DNA from: Antedon mediterranea
Taxonomy: Eukaryota > Animalia > Echinodermata
DNA: 64,000 bases
Direction: 5' to 3'
Assembly (NCBI RefSeq): GCF_964355755.1
Contig: NC_092671.1
Location: 9,734,001 to 9,798,000, forward strand
The notes beneath the pieces are model-generated. The model did no database searches. It was not told the DNA's origin and saw nothing but the letters and a program-made list of their open reading frames with translations. Made by a program: the position numbers and the translations under genes. This document shows, piece by piece, positions 25,601 through 37,900 of the stretch (its first letter is position 1; every line of letters starts with the position of its first letter).

Positions 25601-28600
25601 TCAGTGTTCTATGGCAACAATAAATGGACTATTGGACACATGTTGCTCTGACCACTTGACGGAAATGACGTAGAAACCTGGCGTATTTACTTCATATAAA
25701 ATTTCGTAAAGATTGTCCCCGGTAAATACAACGTTTGTCTCCGTTACTGAATGACGTTGCGGTCCTCGAATTGTAACGGACAAATATCCACCTTTTGAAG
25801 CTTGCGATGTCTCCACCTACAAAAACAAAATCTCATTTTAATTTCAGTTTATAATATTGTTGGCTTTGATATTCTAAGCATTGTTAATCACGTTGTCTTG
25901 GTTACGATTACATTACTTTAGTTGGAGTAATAACATTATTTTAAGCACACGCACTTTATGATAATTTTATTTAAAGATGTATTGTCCCTTGAAACACACA
26001 AAAATGAAGGTCAAAATATTCTAAATTTAAATTGGTCATATCAAAGTAATATTAAAGTTATTCACTTTAAGTTGAATATTCGAGCAAAAAACAACAAGTT
26101 TACTTAATTAACAGGTAAATTAATTTGATTAGATTCGTCTGGAAAATCGTCAGGAGCGAAAGTAAACAAAGATTTCAAACCATACATTATGCATGATGCT
26201 AATTAGGATTGTTTACAACTCGTCACAGTTGAGAAGGTCTTTTCACACAGGTCGCGAAGAAGTTTTATAATTATGCATACAGAGTAGCCAAATAAGCGCG
26301 TTGCATTATGAGATATGTTTTGATCGAAAACTTTGACTGGAAGTCAAAGTTATTTTTTGAACCAAAATACGTCTATATTTCAGTTAAATTTTTTTTTTTC
26401 AACAAATTTTTGGTGAAAGTTAATAACTATATGATACTTCAAAATGACCCACTTTTTTCGAAATTTTATTTTTATTTTTTTTTTAATTAGTCAAAGGGAC
26501 AATTTAATATAATGTATACATAATTAAAACATTAAAAACATATATAACTAGTGCAGGTATTGTCAAATACACTGTTTACCATGACTATTTTAAATAATTA
26601 TACAGTATTATTTTGCACTGATGACAATTACTGTATGTACAGTCTGTTGTAGGCCTACCTGGCAGAGAAGGCCTATTCACTTAGTATTCAATGTGTTTAA
26701 ATAGCGTGTCAGTTCTTTATGTCCTGATTTTTGTCTTATATGTCGTTCGCTTTATGTATTGTTATTAAACACATGTAATAATTGGTGTTCACGGGCACTA
26801 GAGTTAAGCGTGCATTGAACGCTGGTAGTTAACTCCGATTGTGTCTTTGAAAGGACGTACAGTACGCTGGTGGGTTAATAGAACATGTGCACCAACCCTG
26901 GAAAGGAAATGCACCGTTTTTCATTGAACACTGGATAGTACAAGCTTGGTTGTCAGGTGGTTTCTGTTTCAGTTTTCTAAACTAGAATTCCCAGAAGAAG
27001 ACGTACAACTCCCTGATGCCCAAACAAGCATACCTCCTTGTTTTGAAATAGCACTTTCAAACAAATTCTTTAATCAACTTAATTTCAGTCATAAAGTGTA
27101 CCTCAATTCCAAGCTACAAAAATAAGTTTATTAATAACTAGATTTTGATACTAACCTGAAAGTTATTCTTCATGTTTACATATCCTTCCGTTAGACCAAC
27201 ACCAAATGCTCTGCATCCGGGATACTGTCTTTTAGGGCAACTGAAGTCACTGCTGCTAAACGAACTTGATTCGTCGCAACGTCGACGTAGATTTGGACAA
27301 TGGCAGCAACTCTCTCTGAAGCTATTTGCAGATCTGCATGACATGGTGTCACAAGCATGAACAGCTCTATACCTATCATTATAACTACTGTTATCACTTC
27401 TGGGCAATGAATAGTTTGGGCTATGATGACGTTCAAATTCCTCTTGCATATCAGGACGGTGATTTTGAACATCTTCAAATTCAAGGCCGACATTGTGTAT
27501 CCACTCTTGAAAAGGATAGACGGGAAGCTGAAAGGAATGATTCTTGTCTGTTTGTGGTACACCTGGTAGGTCTAAGGACATGTCAAGATCAAGAACTGAT
27601 TCGTCTGTATCTAATGATGACTCATCCGCATCCATATTGCTGATGTCTGCTTCGTTAGATGAGCATACAAGAGGAGAAAATATCGAGACTGGCGACAAAC
27701 AATCTGTTAGATCCTGATCCGCCTCTATTTTATTAAATACTGAAATTGGTGTATTAATAATACTATTAAAGGTGGTATCAGATGGTGTTTGAATTGTACT
27801 TTCAGTAACTAAATCTACAGAAACAGCCTCTGTAAGACTATTTGTAGGCCTATGGTTTTCCCCATTCATTGTCGTGTTTGCAGTGCCATTGATCATCTGT
27901 GATGAAGGTAAAGTTCCATTTTCAGAACTGTGAATGTCCTCCACTGAAGTAGTCCGACTTTCACTTTCCACAAAAGAAGCACTGTTTTCTGTTTTTATTT
28001 TAACTTCCGTTGCAAGTACATCCATGCTGTTGCTTGTACATTGTGAACCTATAGGCGGTATACCTACAGTCGTCTCCACTAAAACCGAAGAATCTGGACT
28101 TTTATTGTTGCCACTTAGTGCATGTTCATCAGAGAACCCGCTGTCAAATGTCGTTTGCCTTAATCCAAGTCTACGCTTTGGTCGTTTCAACCTTTCAACT
28201 TCTGGCTTTCTGTGGCCTGGTAGGTCATTGTCATTTGATGGTGAGTAGGTATTTTTTAAAGCCTGGCCATCCTTTGGATGTGTTTCTGAGTTTGGTTGCT
28301 TTCCTTCATCAAACGATTGTCTGTGTCTGGACATATAGCCCCAGCCAGTAGCTTTTCTTATTGAGTCCGATGTGCACTGTGTGCCTTTGTCATGAGTAGA
28401 CTTATTGCGGCTGCTGCGACGTACAAGCCGTGTATTGCTCTGTGTAGCTCGAGTGCTTGATGAACTAGCATTCAATGTCAATTTTTGGTGTGTCTTATTA
28501 TTCTCCGACTTGCATTCATCTCTTTTAGCATCTGATGGTTCTTTGGATGGAAGCTGAACCATATTGGTTCTTCCAGATTCCGTCTGATCGGTACTTGCTA

Positions 28601-31600
28601 TTACTTTGTTCTCAGAGATGTTTGGTTGAGATATATTATTTTCGTTTGGAATTCCATTTATATTTGTTGTGCTTTCAATTGAATTCGATGATTTTTCAAC
28701 TGTTTTATTTCCTTGAGCAGCTGCATTCACTAGAGGAGCAGAGGTTCCGATATCGTCTGTTTCAGATAGCGAAGCCGTTTGTACCACTGCTTTAGCATGT
28801 TTACAGGGCTTTGAATGTTCCGGATCAGGAAAGTCTTCAGATGGTCTATCACTCACTAGAGGAGGAGAGGTGCCGAAATCGTCTGTTTCAGATAGCGAAG
28901 CCGTTTGTACCACTGCTTTAGCATGTTTAGAAGGCCCTGAATGTTCCCGATCAGGAAAGTCTTCAGATGGTCTATCAATCGTAGGTAGCTGCCATGTTGG
29001 TCTATAGTGTTTAAATGTTGGAATACTACGTTCAAGGGCGTAATCATCGATCGATATACTGGATTCCAAGGATTTGTCATATTGACTACTTCGGGCATAG
29101 GAACATTCAGAATTAGTAGATTTTGAAATAACAATAATCTGATGTCCATTTTCCTTGGGAATCATTTCAATATGGTCGTTAGTTAATAATTTTGTTTCAT
29201 TTGAAATATATGTCTTTTTGGTCTCGTTTGTTGAACACTGATCCACGTCTTCTGTAGCCATCGTTTGATTTATTTGAATCAAACTAGTAACGGTGCTACC
29301 ACTAGGTAACTCTTGATTACTTATAGAACACACATTGAGTTGTTGGGTGTTAAGGGATGGGGGAGTGATTTCATCTCTTGTTGTACTTATCTCGTCATTC
29401 TTAAAAATACTTTCTGAATCTGGTATTTGTAAGGTACTAATTTTTCCTACACTGGCATCTGTTTTATCCACAACGTCGCACATGTTTCTAGATTTAACTT
29501 GAATAATCTCTTTCGTAATTTCATAATAAACTCGACCAATCAGTTGTTTCGATAAACGATCGGCAAATTTGCCATACTTATCTTCGCTGCCTGCTGTCTG
29601 TTTACTGCTACGCTTTGGTCCTCCAGCAGAATGGATCGAGTCCTTAGATGAAACAACACTTTTTTGTGCTGATAATGATTTTGAAGCGTACCGTATTTCT
29701 TTATCTCCAGAAGGGCACTTAATAATCTTTCTAATTATTTTCCCTCGACGCCCGTTTGTGTTCTTCACACTTTTGCCAAAGATTGAACCACTTCTACTAA
29801 TAGGGGATTTTACAGAGTTGCGATGATCAGTGGATGACGCTGATTGTGATCTTGGCTGATCTTCCAAATTATCCGACTCAAGATTAGATTGTCTAAACAG
29901 AGATTGTCGTCTTCCAGATTTTACTGAAGGGTTGCCTGTGGGTGCTGACGTCATTTTTTGCTTAGGATTGTCTGTGTTAAATGATACCCTTTTAGGCCCG
30001 GTTTCAGATTTAGATGCACTGTTCAATATAGGCTCTTTAACAGTGGCACTGAATGGACTATTTTTTATATGTTCTCCACCCCATGTTATATTAATTCCGT
30101 AGGTCCCAACATTGCATGGTGTGTATATCACCTGATATTCTCCTTCTTTTATCTCCTCATAATCAAAAAATATAAATCTATTATCTTTGTCTGGTTCGTC
30201 TTTTTCACCCGATATTTTTCGTGAGGATGTTTGTGTGCGATCAACCTGAGCGTGATTTATTTTACGTTTGCAGTATTCGCCGTTTGGACCTGAGATTTCA
30301 ACGTAGATGTTTTTCCAAATAAATGCGTCCGCGTGCACGTTGAATTTTGTGCGTTTTCCTTCAATTGCAACAACAAGTCCACTTCCGGTTGCCCTGCACT
30401 CTTTATCGTTTACCTTTAATGTAATCGAAAAATAAAAGAAGTAAAGGTTAGTATTCGATTGATGTTATTTGTGCAGAAATGTTAAATCGAATTGACCCCA
30501 TACACTGTGTAGATTAAAGATTTAAGAAATTGTCACTGGTCCATTTCAAAAGAATAACAATACACTTTGCTTGGATCAGAATCAGAATAAATGTATTAAT
30601 CTCCAAGTTTAGAGTTAAAACAATTAAAAAATCAAAATATGGATAATTTAAACAATAAAAATACAATTAATCTACAGTACACATTAAAATGATAGATCTA
30701 GGCCTATTTATAGATATAGGCCTATTTATAACTTTTAATTAAATCCATTGTCTTTAAACGTTAATAGCTAACAGGACTACACAATACAAACCTGTATGGT
30801 TTCTTCCAATTTTAACATAATTCGTTCTGGTTCTTTCACGGGGATTACACTAGCATACTGTATCATCTGTAAATAACCTATCATTATGTTCTCTTGTATT
30901 TTACGTGGGTTGGACATCTGTTCTGGTGTCATCGGCTGTAAAATTGATAGGTGAAAACTATTAAAGAACTTTAAATACACAGCGGAGGCCATGACATTAT
31001 AACTGCATGATACATTAATTACAAAGCATTAAATATATATCTCAATATGGTTTAACCAGACAAAAGATCCATCCACTCTAACAATAACATCATCACTATA
31101 CATTATTCAGGCCAAGTACGTCTAATAATATATTTGTTTTTCTGTTGTAAATGTATATGAAATTAAATACATCCTGCATAAATGATATACAAATTGTATG
31201 TGACGTAAGAGGTAGACAACGCATTTAAAATGTGTTGTCTGTAAAATATGAACAATAAAGATGAATTAATCAAAACTTTGAATAGGCCATTTTGTAGTTT
31301 CAGGATATTCACCTTCTCATTGGAAAACGAACAAAAATAATGATTTTACTTTAAATTATTAAAATGGCCTATTCGTTCAACATAAAAATAGTTTTACATT
31401 TTTGTCAAGGGACGTTTTATATCTTTAAAGACGAAGAAAATGATGAAAATGGTGTGACCTTTGTACCTGCGCGTAAAATGTGTAATATATCGATCGATCG
31501 TGGATACAAGAAGAACAAGTCTTCTTGGACAAGGACTTGAAATTGGAGGTCCAATGTACAAGTATCACATACATGCCTATTTGTTTTTATTTTGAACTTT

Positions 31601-32320
31601 GTATTGGAGCTTTCAGATGAATTCTAAGGTGCACTTGTCCTAATATTAATGTTTTATAGACTCACCTCAGCGATACCTAATGCTTTAGCAACTAGACGCA
31701 TGCCTAGTCGGCAATTATTGGCCATATATTCCGGGTTTAGTAGGTCGTATCTTGGGCAAGTTTCCGGTACCACTGCATCAATAAGAGCGCATATCGCAAT
31801 TCCATTTGACCAGCAGTTGGAAAAATCATCGATGCAAAACGTAGGTAGTTTATCTGAGATCCAATAGAGAAGTCGCTTTTTTTGACCGGATTCTAAAGAA
31901 TGATTGAAAAAAAATGATGATTTAGCATCAATTTAGTTAAATGACTATCAACTTTAAGATGAAGACAAGTTTAGACGTAGACATTGGTTATAGGATAATG
32001 TTGATGTATTTTGGTGCCGCATTTATCAATATACCGGTGCCGCATTTATAAATATACCGGTGCCGCATTTATTAATATACCGGTGTCGCATTTACCTTTG
32101 ACAATAGAAACTTACCGCCAATAAAATACAAATGGCAACGTTCAATTAATGATGGTTGGTACTGAATCGTAGCTCCATAGTCATAGCGCTTTAAACGATA
32201 AGGCTTTGGTTTCCATAAAGACTTAAAGATACGATATAACCAGTAGAATATGTTGACATAATGCAAAAGGCCCACCAGTAACCATACCAGCCATGTGTAC
32301 ATCTTCTTTAACCCATTCAT
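25601..32320 (-). CDS. Atypical filamin-like protein (hydrophobic N-terminus, single CH2-type domain, filamin Ig repeat, ~900-aa low-complexity region, C-terminal filamin Ig repeat), ~1349 aa
   Basis: Exons 32320-32116, 31892-31666, 30935-30792, 30413-27156 (3258 nt), 25816-25601 join in frame. QKKRLLYWISDKLP..FSNCWSNGIAICALIDAVVPETCP resembles filamin CH2. CRATGSGL..YQVIYTP..GTYGINITWGGEHIKNSPF and CRAFGVGL..PGFYVISVKWSEQHVSNSPF are filamin repeats. The start codon is uncertain. Confidence 0.85.
25975..26503. mobile_element. Kolobok-like non-autonomous element (related fragment near 2662-2901)
   Basis: TTAA-agatgtattgtccc left end and gggacaat-ttaa right end. A similar end (gggacaatatatcttaa) and similar internal sequence occur at 2820-2901. 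Confidence 0.5.
28727..28977 (-). repeat. 126-bp (42-aa) in-frame tandem duplication inside the giant filamin-like exon
   Basis: DRPSEDFPD.EHS.P.KHAKAVVQTASLSETDD.GTS.PLV occurs twice. Confidence 0.92.
32012..32093. repeat. 23-bp tandem repeat (taccggtgccgcatttat.aata) x~3.5
   Basis: Read directly from the sequence. Confidence 0.85.
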
Positions 32321-34917
32321 CAGGTTTGTCTTTATTATCTTTCCAGCATTGATTCCTAAAACAAAAACCGGTAAATCAATCAAATCATTTTTAAAATTAA
32401 AAACAAATAGTTACTTCGACAACATTAACAATTAGTAGTAACAATAAATAATAAATAAAGATGAATTTAGATTCTTCCTGTAAATAAAACAAAAAGGTGG
32501 GAGCAAGTATAAAAGTAACCGTACCGAGAGACCTTATTGAGACTCTAGATACCGAAGATTATAATCTGACGAAGAGGCTACCAAATATAAATAATATATA
32601 TAATGCCATAGAACAGCACCAAGATAACAACAATTTAAGCATATCGGAAGAGACTCTTATATCGCGCGTGTTAAACTTTGTGACTACCGTAACTAATGAC
32701 GTATTTATGGTATTATTTACTATCATTTAAGATAAGAATCTCCTATTGAATAGCTATTTTTAGGGAAAACTGTGTGGATCTCATGGATGTGTAAAATTAG
32801 ATCTAATGTTTAGATCAATTTTCCATGATTAGGCCTAAATATTGATTTATATTTGAATACGGTACTGTAGTGTGAATGATTAGCAGTGGTGCTGATTACA
32901 TGAAGAAGCTCCATCCATCAGTCTCGTGGATGATTACATTAAACATGCATGTGTGTTCTTTTATTTGCTTTAATTACCGTCATCTAATACTAAGTTGGAA
33001 GCACTCACTACCACACACAATTACAAATGATTGACTTTGTTAATTAGTAAATGTACGTAGCTTAAGTATTAATCAATAGCAACAAAAACACCAAGACTTG
33101 TTATTGAACGGATATAAATATGAAGTAGGCCTAGATATATCGCAAAAAAAACTAACAATTCGTTAATTATTGATTCATAAAAGTTAATTTAAGTGTATAT
33201 GATAATAACATTTGTATAACCTTTCAATACATTTGATTTGCAATATATTAATGTAGTTCCTACTGTATAATTAAATCTATTTAAAACTATACTTTGCTGC
33301 TCAGGAGAGTTCACCAATGTGATGCATTTGGCTCAATAGCATGGTGTACTTTAACGCTTACTGTATGTTCAAAATCAGTGTGCTGTTCAATTTAAAACGA
33401 AAACTAATTTGGTATATGATAAAAAGAAAATCAAGATTGCATGGGGTCGTGTGGAGGATGTAAATCTTCTCATAACATTTCCCCATAATATGAAACAATT
33501 TGACATAATCAGGGCGTGTCCGTAATTCGGTTCATTAATAATTAAGTACCTGCTAATTAGTTTCAACCCTAGTAAGTAAGAAAGAGTTAGGTTATTATCA
33601 ACACATTCATTAACTTTAAATAGGGCCTATTATATTCATTTTTTGTTATTGTTTTGTTGGAATTTTTTTTTGTTAAAATATTCTTTATTTTCATTTAAAA
33701 ATCCATTGATTTTAAGACCAAGGCCGTTTAGTTACTGTTGATACGTTTTTAAGTAGCGTTGTTAATTTACGCCTTAGTGTTGAGTATTACATACACCGTT
33801 ATACTCTTTATTTTGATTCGTACCATGAAATTAATTTTATTTATTTATTTTGTGTGTGTTTCTAAACATTTTTATTTATTTGTATTTGTATTTCACACTA
33901 GGCCTACATTCTATATATATATTTCTATGTTTTTGTTATTATTATTTTATGTTTATTGCCAAAATGAATAAAATAAAAAAAATTAAAAAAAATATTATTT
34001 TTACATTTATTTTGATTAATTTTTAAGTTAATAATTTTATTTATTCTTGTATGCTGTATTTCACACAACATTTATTTTGTTTCATTTTGAGTTATTAATT
34101 GGACGCACCTTTATCATCAAAGTGTGCCACTGTTGTAAAAGTGAAATTTCAAATAAATTATTATTATTATTAATACAGAATTAACAATATGTCATGGGTC
34201 TCTCATCACACGCTGGATTAACACGTCATCTTTGTTTAAATAAAGCATTTAATTTGCTAAGCCTCATCCTGGCCACTATACAGATTTATATTAAAGTCAT
34301 AATATTTACTGTAATTAGCACCACTGGAAAACGTGTTGTGTACCGTACCATGGAGATATATATATTATACCTCCATGACCGTACCAAAGTAATTTTACCA
34401 TGTCCACTGATGCGCACTATTTGTTAACGAGCATATTGTATAGGCGTTACTAGGGGTACAGTAATATTTGCGCTATATAAATCTATCTATCTACGGTACC
34501 TATTAAATCTTCAGACTCTTTATTTAAAATTTAAGTGGATAATTTAGAACAAACCCGCCAACAACCGAAAACTCGAAGTTTACAAATTTATGATGGGACA
34601 GTAGCCTATAAGATTGATATATTTAGGATTCTGCACACCAACGTGTTTGATATCCGTGCACAAAGGATGCTTATTAATCATATATTAAGACAACAATTAA
34701 GACAAACTTGTTATAAAAACATTAAAAACATAACAAATAATGTCTGTAATTAAGAATAGTTAATTATAATATGGTTATCCAGAGACAGAAAACAGCACCT
34801 TCAGTTGCTTGTCTGCTGATATACATTAATTTTACCCTACATGGGTCAGTGTTTATATACAGTACCCTTTGCATGTACTGTTTTTATACAGTAAATAATA
34901 ATATTCAAGCCACCTAC

Positions 34918-34990
34918 CGTGTAAGGTTGTGTCTGATGAGACAGTGGCCCTTGAGAACTGATCGCCCGACCGTCTCATAATATCTCGCAT
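34918..34990 (-). CDS. Candidate alternative first coding exon of the filamin-like gene (MRDIMRRSGDQFSRATVSSDTTLH)
   Basis: ATG-initiated, GC-richer 73-nt open segment ending in a phase-1 G|GTAGGT donor, compatible with the phase-1 acceptors at 32355 and 31892. Confidence 0.5.
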
Positions 34991-37900
34991 CGTACACTTT
35001 TAGGCCTACACAAAAAAAAAACATTCGAAATAACTTTTTTATTTTTACTATAATAATAGAAAATCAATCGTTTCCCTTTGGCAACTTATATATTCATCAC
35101 GCCTGCGTCATAATACAGCTAACAATAACATTGATTGATGTGTGGGAATTGAAGTTCAGCTAATAATTGAGATATGTTTGTGTATATAATTGAAATGAAA
35201 TAAATATGTTATTGCGTCATCATATCTATCATAAGTCCAGCTGTATGTAAATTAATCATAGAGGTAAACAAACGTGTTTACTCTCATTTCTAACCTCTTT
35301 TACTGTACACAGTTTGGGACGTCGTTGAATCATTGCAGGTACACAGACAAAATAAGAAAGTGCTCTATTTATAATTCAGCTCAGTTGAATTCGATAAAAA
35401 ACACTTGATACACTTGTTTACACTATGACGAAAACAAGGACGTACGCAACGCTACTGGTTTAACCAATCATTCCGCAATGAAATCATAGTGTGAACCGAG
35501 TTTTAGAATAATACTGCCATGTTAATTGACGCATTGACGGTACAAATTTCGTTTTCGTGTTTCTAATTTTCTCTATTTCTAGTATTTTATAAATAGGCCT
35601 ACATAATTACTGAGCATTATGTATGATGTATTTGGTAAAATTATTAATTTCCCTTTGGTATAAATGGTTTTTGTTGTACGTCAGATAGGTCTATAATTAC
35701 ATCTACATTACATTACAACACAATAGCATGATGAATAAATGATTATACAAGCTAATGCATACTGAATTAATTACCCTGTATAGGCATAGTAGTAGTAGTC
35801 TGGGTTTCAGACGGAGTTTGGACTTAGTATTAGTAAAAAGATAAATATTTTGGCGTTTCATACGTATACTACTTGAGCTTGTATTTGTATTTTAAGACAA
35901 AAATTGAAACGTCGACTGGTGGACTAACATAAAAAAGACAACAAAAAACAGACTTGGGGCAAGTCTAAATATTAAGCTAACGCGCGTTTACAAATATATA
36001 ATATCCTATCAGTATTTGTACGCGCCCGATTTTTCGCACTATTCACTCGAAATGCCATGTCGAAATGTGAGATCATGATGGTGATAAATATAACGATGAT
36101 AATAATTATTCTCCTGATAAACATTTTTATTTGAACAGAACTCATTCGTAGCAGAGAAGTACTTAGCTTAGTTAAATAATATTGTGGATCTGAGGTTATC
36201 GTCATGTGCCATGACAAAAATTATAAAATAATTATAAATTATCCACGTTTTAATATTTTGTTTTAAAAATACAGTTTTTGTATAATATACAGTTATTTCT
36301 CGTAAAATCGATAAAATAAAGATTGCTTATTAAACAAAATAATGAAAACATGCCTGAGATTGCTTTTCAGTCCTATTACCACTCAGTCCTGACTATCCTA
36401 ACAAAGAAAAAGCATTACCTTATTAGCTATACACTGCATCGGCACTAATTGCCATGGCAACCAATATAATAACCGTATGAAAACTAATCGTTGCTCTGTG
36501 TTTTGCCATTGAATATAACACAACAAGAATGATTGGTTTATGTAGAACATTGGATCCAGTATTTTATTACATAATAGGCCATGCCATCATAATAATTACA
36601 TTGCGTGTAGTAGACCTACAAAGCACACTACATTAACCTGTTGCTTTTATAGTGTAATATGTTAAGTTGTGAAATTAACGATTTTCGCATTATCTTTCAC
36701 ACGCATTCTTATCACGTTATGAATGATATTAAGATTGATTGATGTTTTTAATACAGTAATGACGAGTATGTATACAAAATTCAAATGGGATTGGCTGCCT
36801 AGGGAATGTTGTTCCACGGGTGGGATTGGGCGTTAGGAAGTTCATTCTCCGAACACCAATTTCTTGTTGTGAGTTTTTCTAGCATCAGTGACATAAGAAA
36901 GCATAAAAATTATGCAAAATAAGATTTGAGAGATGATTTAAGACATGCCTATTTTTATATGTAAGACCTATAACTGACTATAGTAATTTTCTGTGGGACA
37001 AAATGAACATGTATAACTATAGCCCCACTGCTGAGTTTCGTCACTGTACCTAATTTCTACAGTAAAGTAAGTAAACTCTGTAACACAGCGTCACACCTAG
37101 GCCATACAGTACGCCAATACTTCTAAAACAACTTACAATTATATAATTTTAGGGACACGGAGTATACTAGATAGATAGAATCGCGGGCGTACAGGTATTA
37201 CATAATTAGTGATAATTGTTCGATGACGTAACGTACTATCTAATAATGACAATTCGCAGAATTTCCTTTAAAAAATTAATGTATTCAATACAATAACGTA
37301 TGCCTAACACTATAAGTGTATATAAATTGCATTTATAGACCGATAAACCTCTTAATATGTTGTTTATCATGTCTCATTTAATTCCTTTGTAATACAGACG
37401 AAATAAATCAAATCTTAAATGATGACTACATCTAGATTCTATGATTGTGCTCATTTTTATACAGTTAATCAGTGTTTTACTACTCTTGTTCATGTTACAC
37501 AGTTACGTAAATTGTGTTTACATAAGGAAATACTCGATTATAGTATTTCATCAGTTCAAATATAACATAAACAATGGCTTTTTATCGAACACTTACTTGA
37601 AAATAGGTTAGTAGTTTTGTAGTCAGTTTTGTTTGTATCCTTATTATATTATTATTGTATTATTATTATGACCGGTAGGCCTAAATGTCAAAGCGCGAGA
37701 TATAACTGATAAAGTTTCATCGTTTCCGTAATTCCATCATCTATTATCAACGTCATCACCATCACCAAAAACACCTTCATATTTTCCTCTTCATTATCCA
37801 CAGGCTCCTCAATCATCACCAAAACAATATGACCTTGTTTTTTTTTATGACGGATTTTTTTTTTCAGTCATTTAAGTTAGGGAATTTTTTTACAGAGGCC

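Noticed and set aside
27172-29826. Several + strand ORFs of 60-105 aa
   Set aside because: Antisense shadows of the long filamin-like exon with no recognisable domains.
32497-32730. 77-aa + strand ORF in the filamin-like gene's upstream intron
   Set aside because: GTG start, no recognisable motif and no supporting splice structure.
34933-34980. CTGATGA hammerhead core or C/D box candidate
   Set aside because: No GAAA follows the putative stem II; better explained as a minus-strand coding exon.
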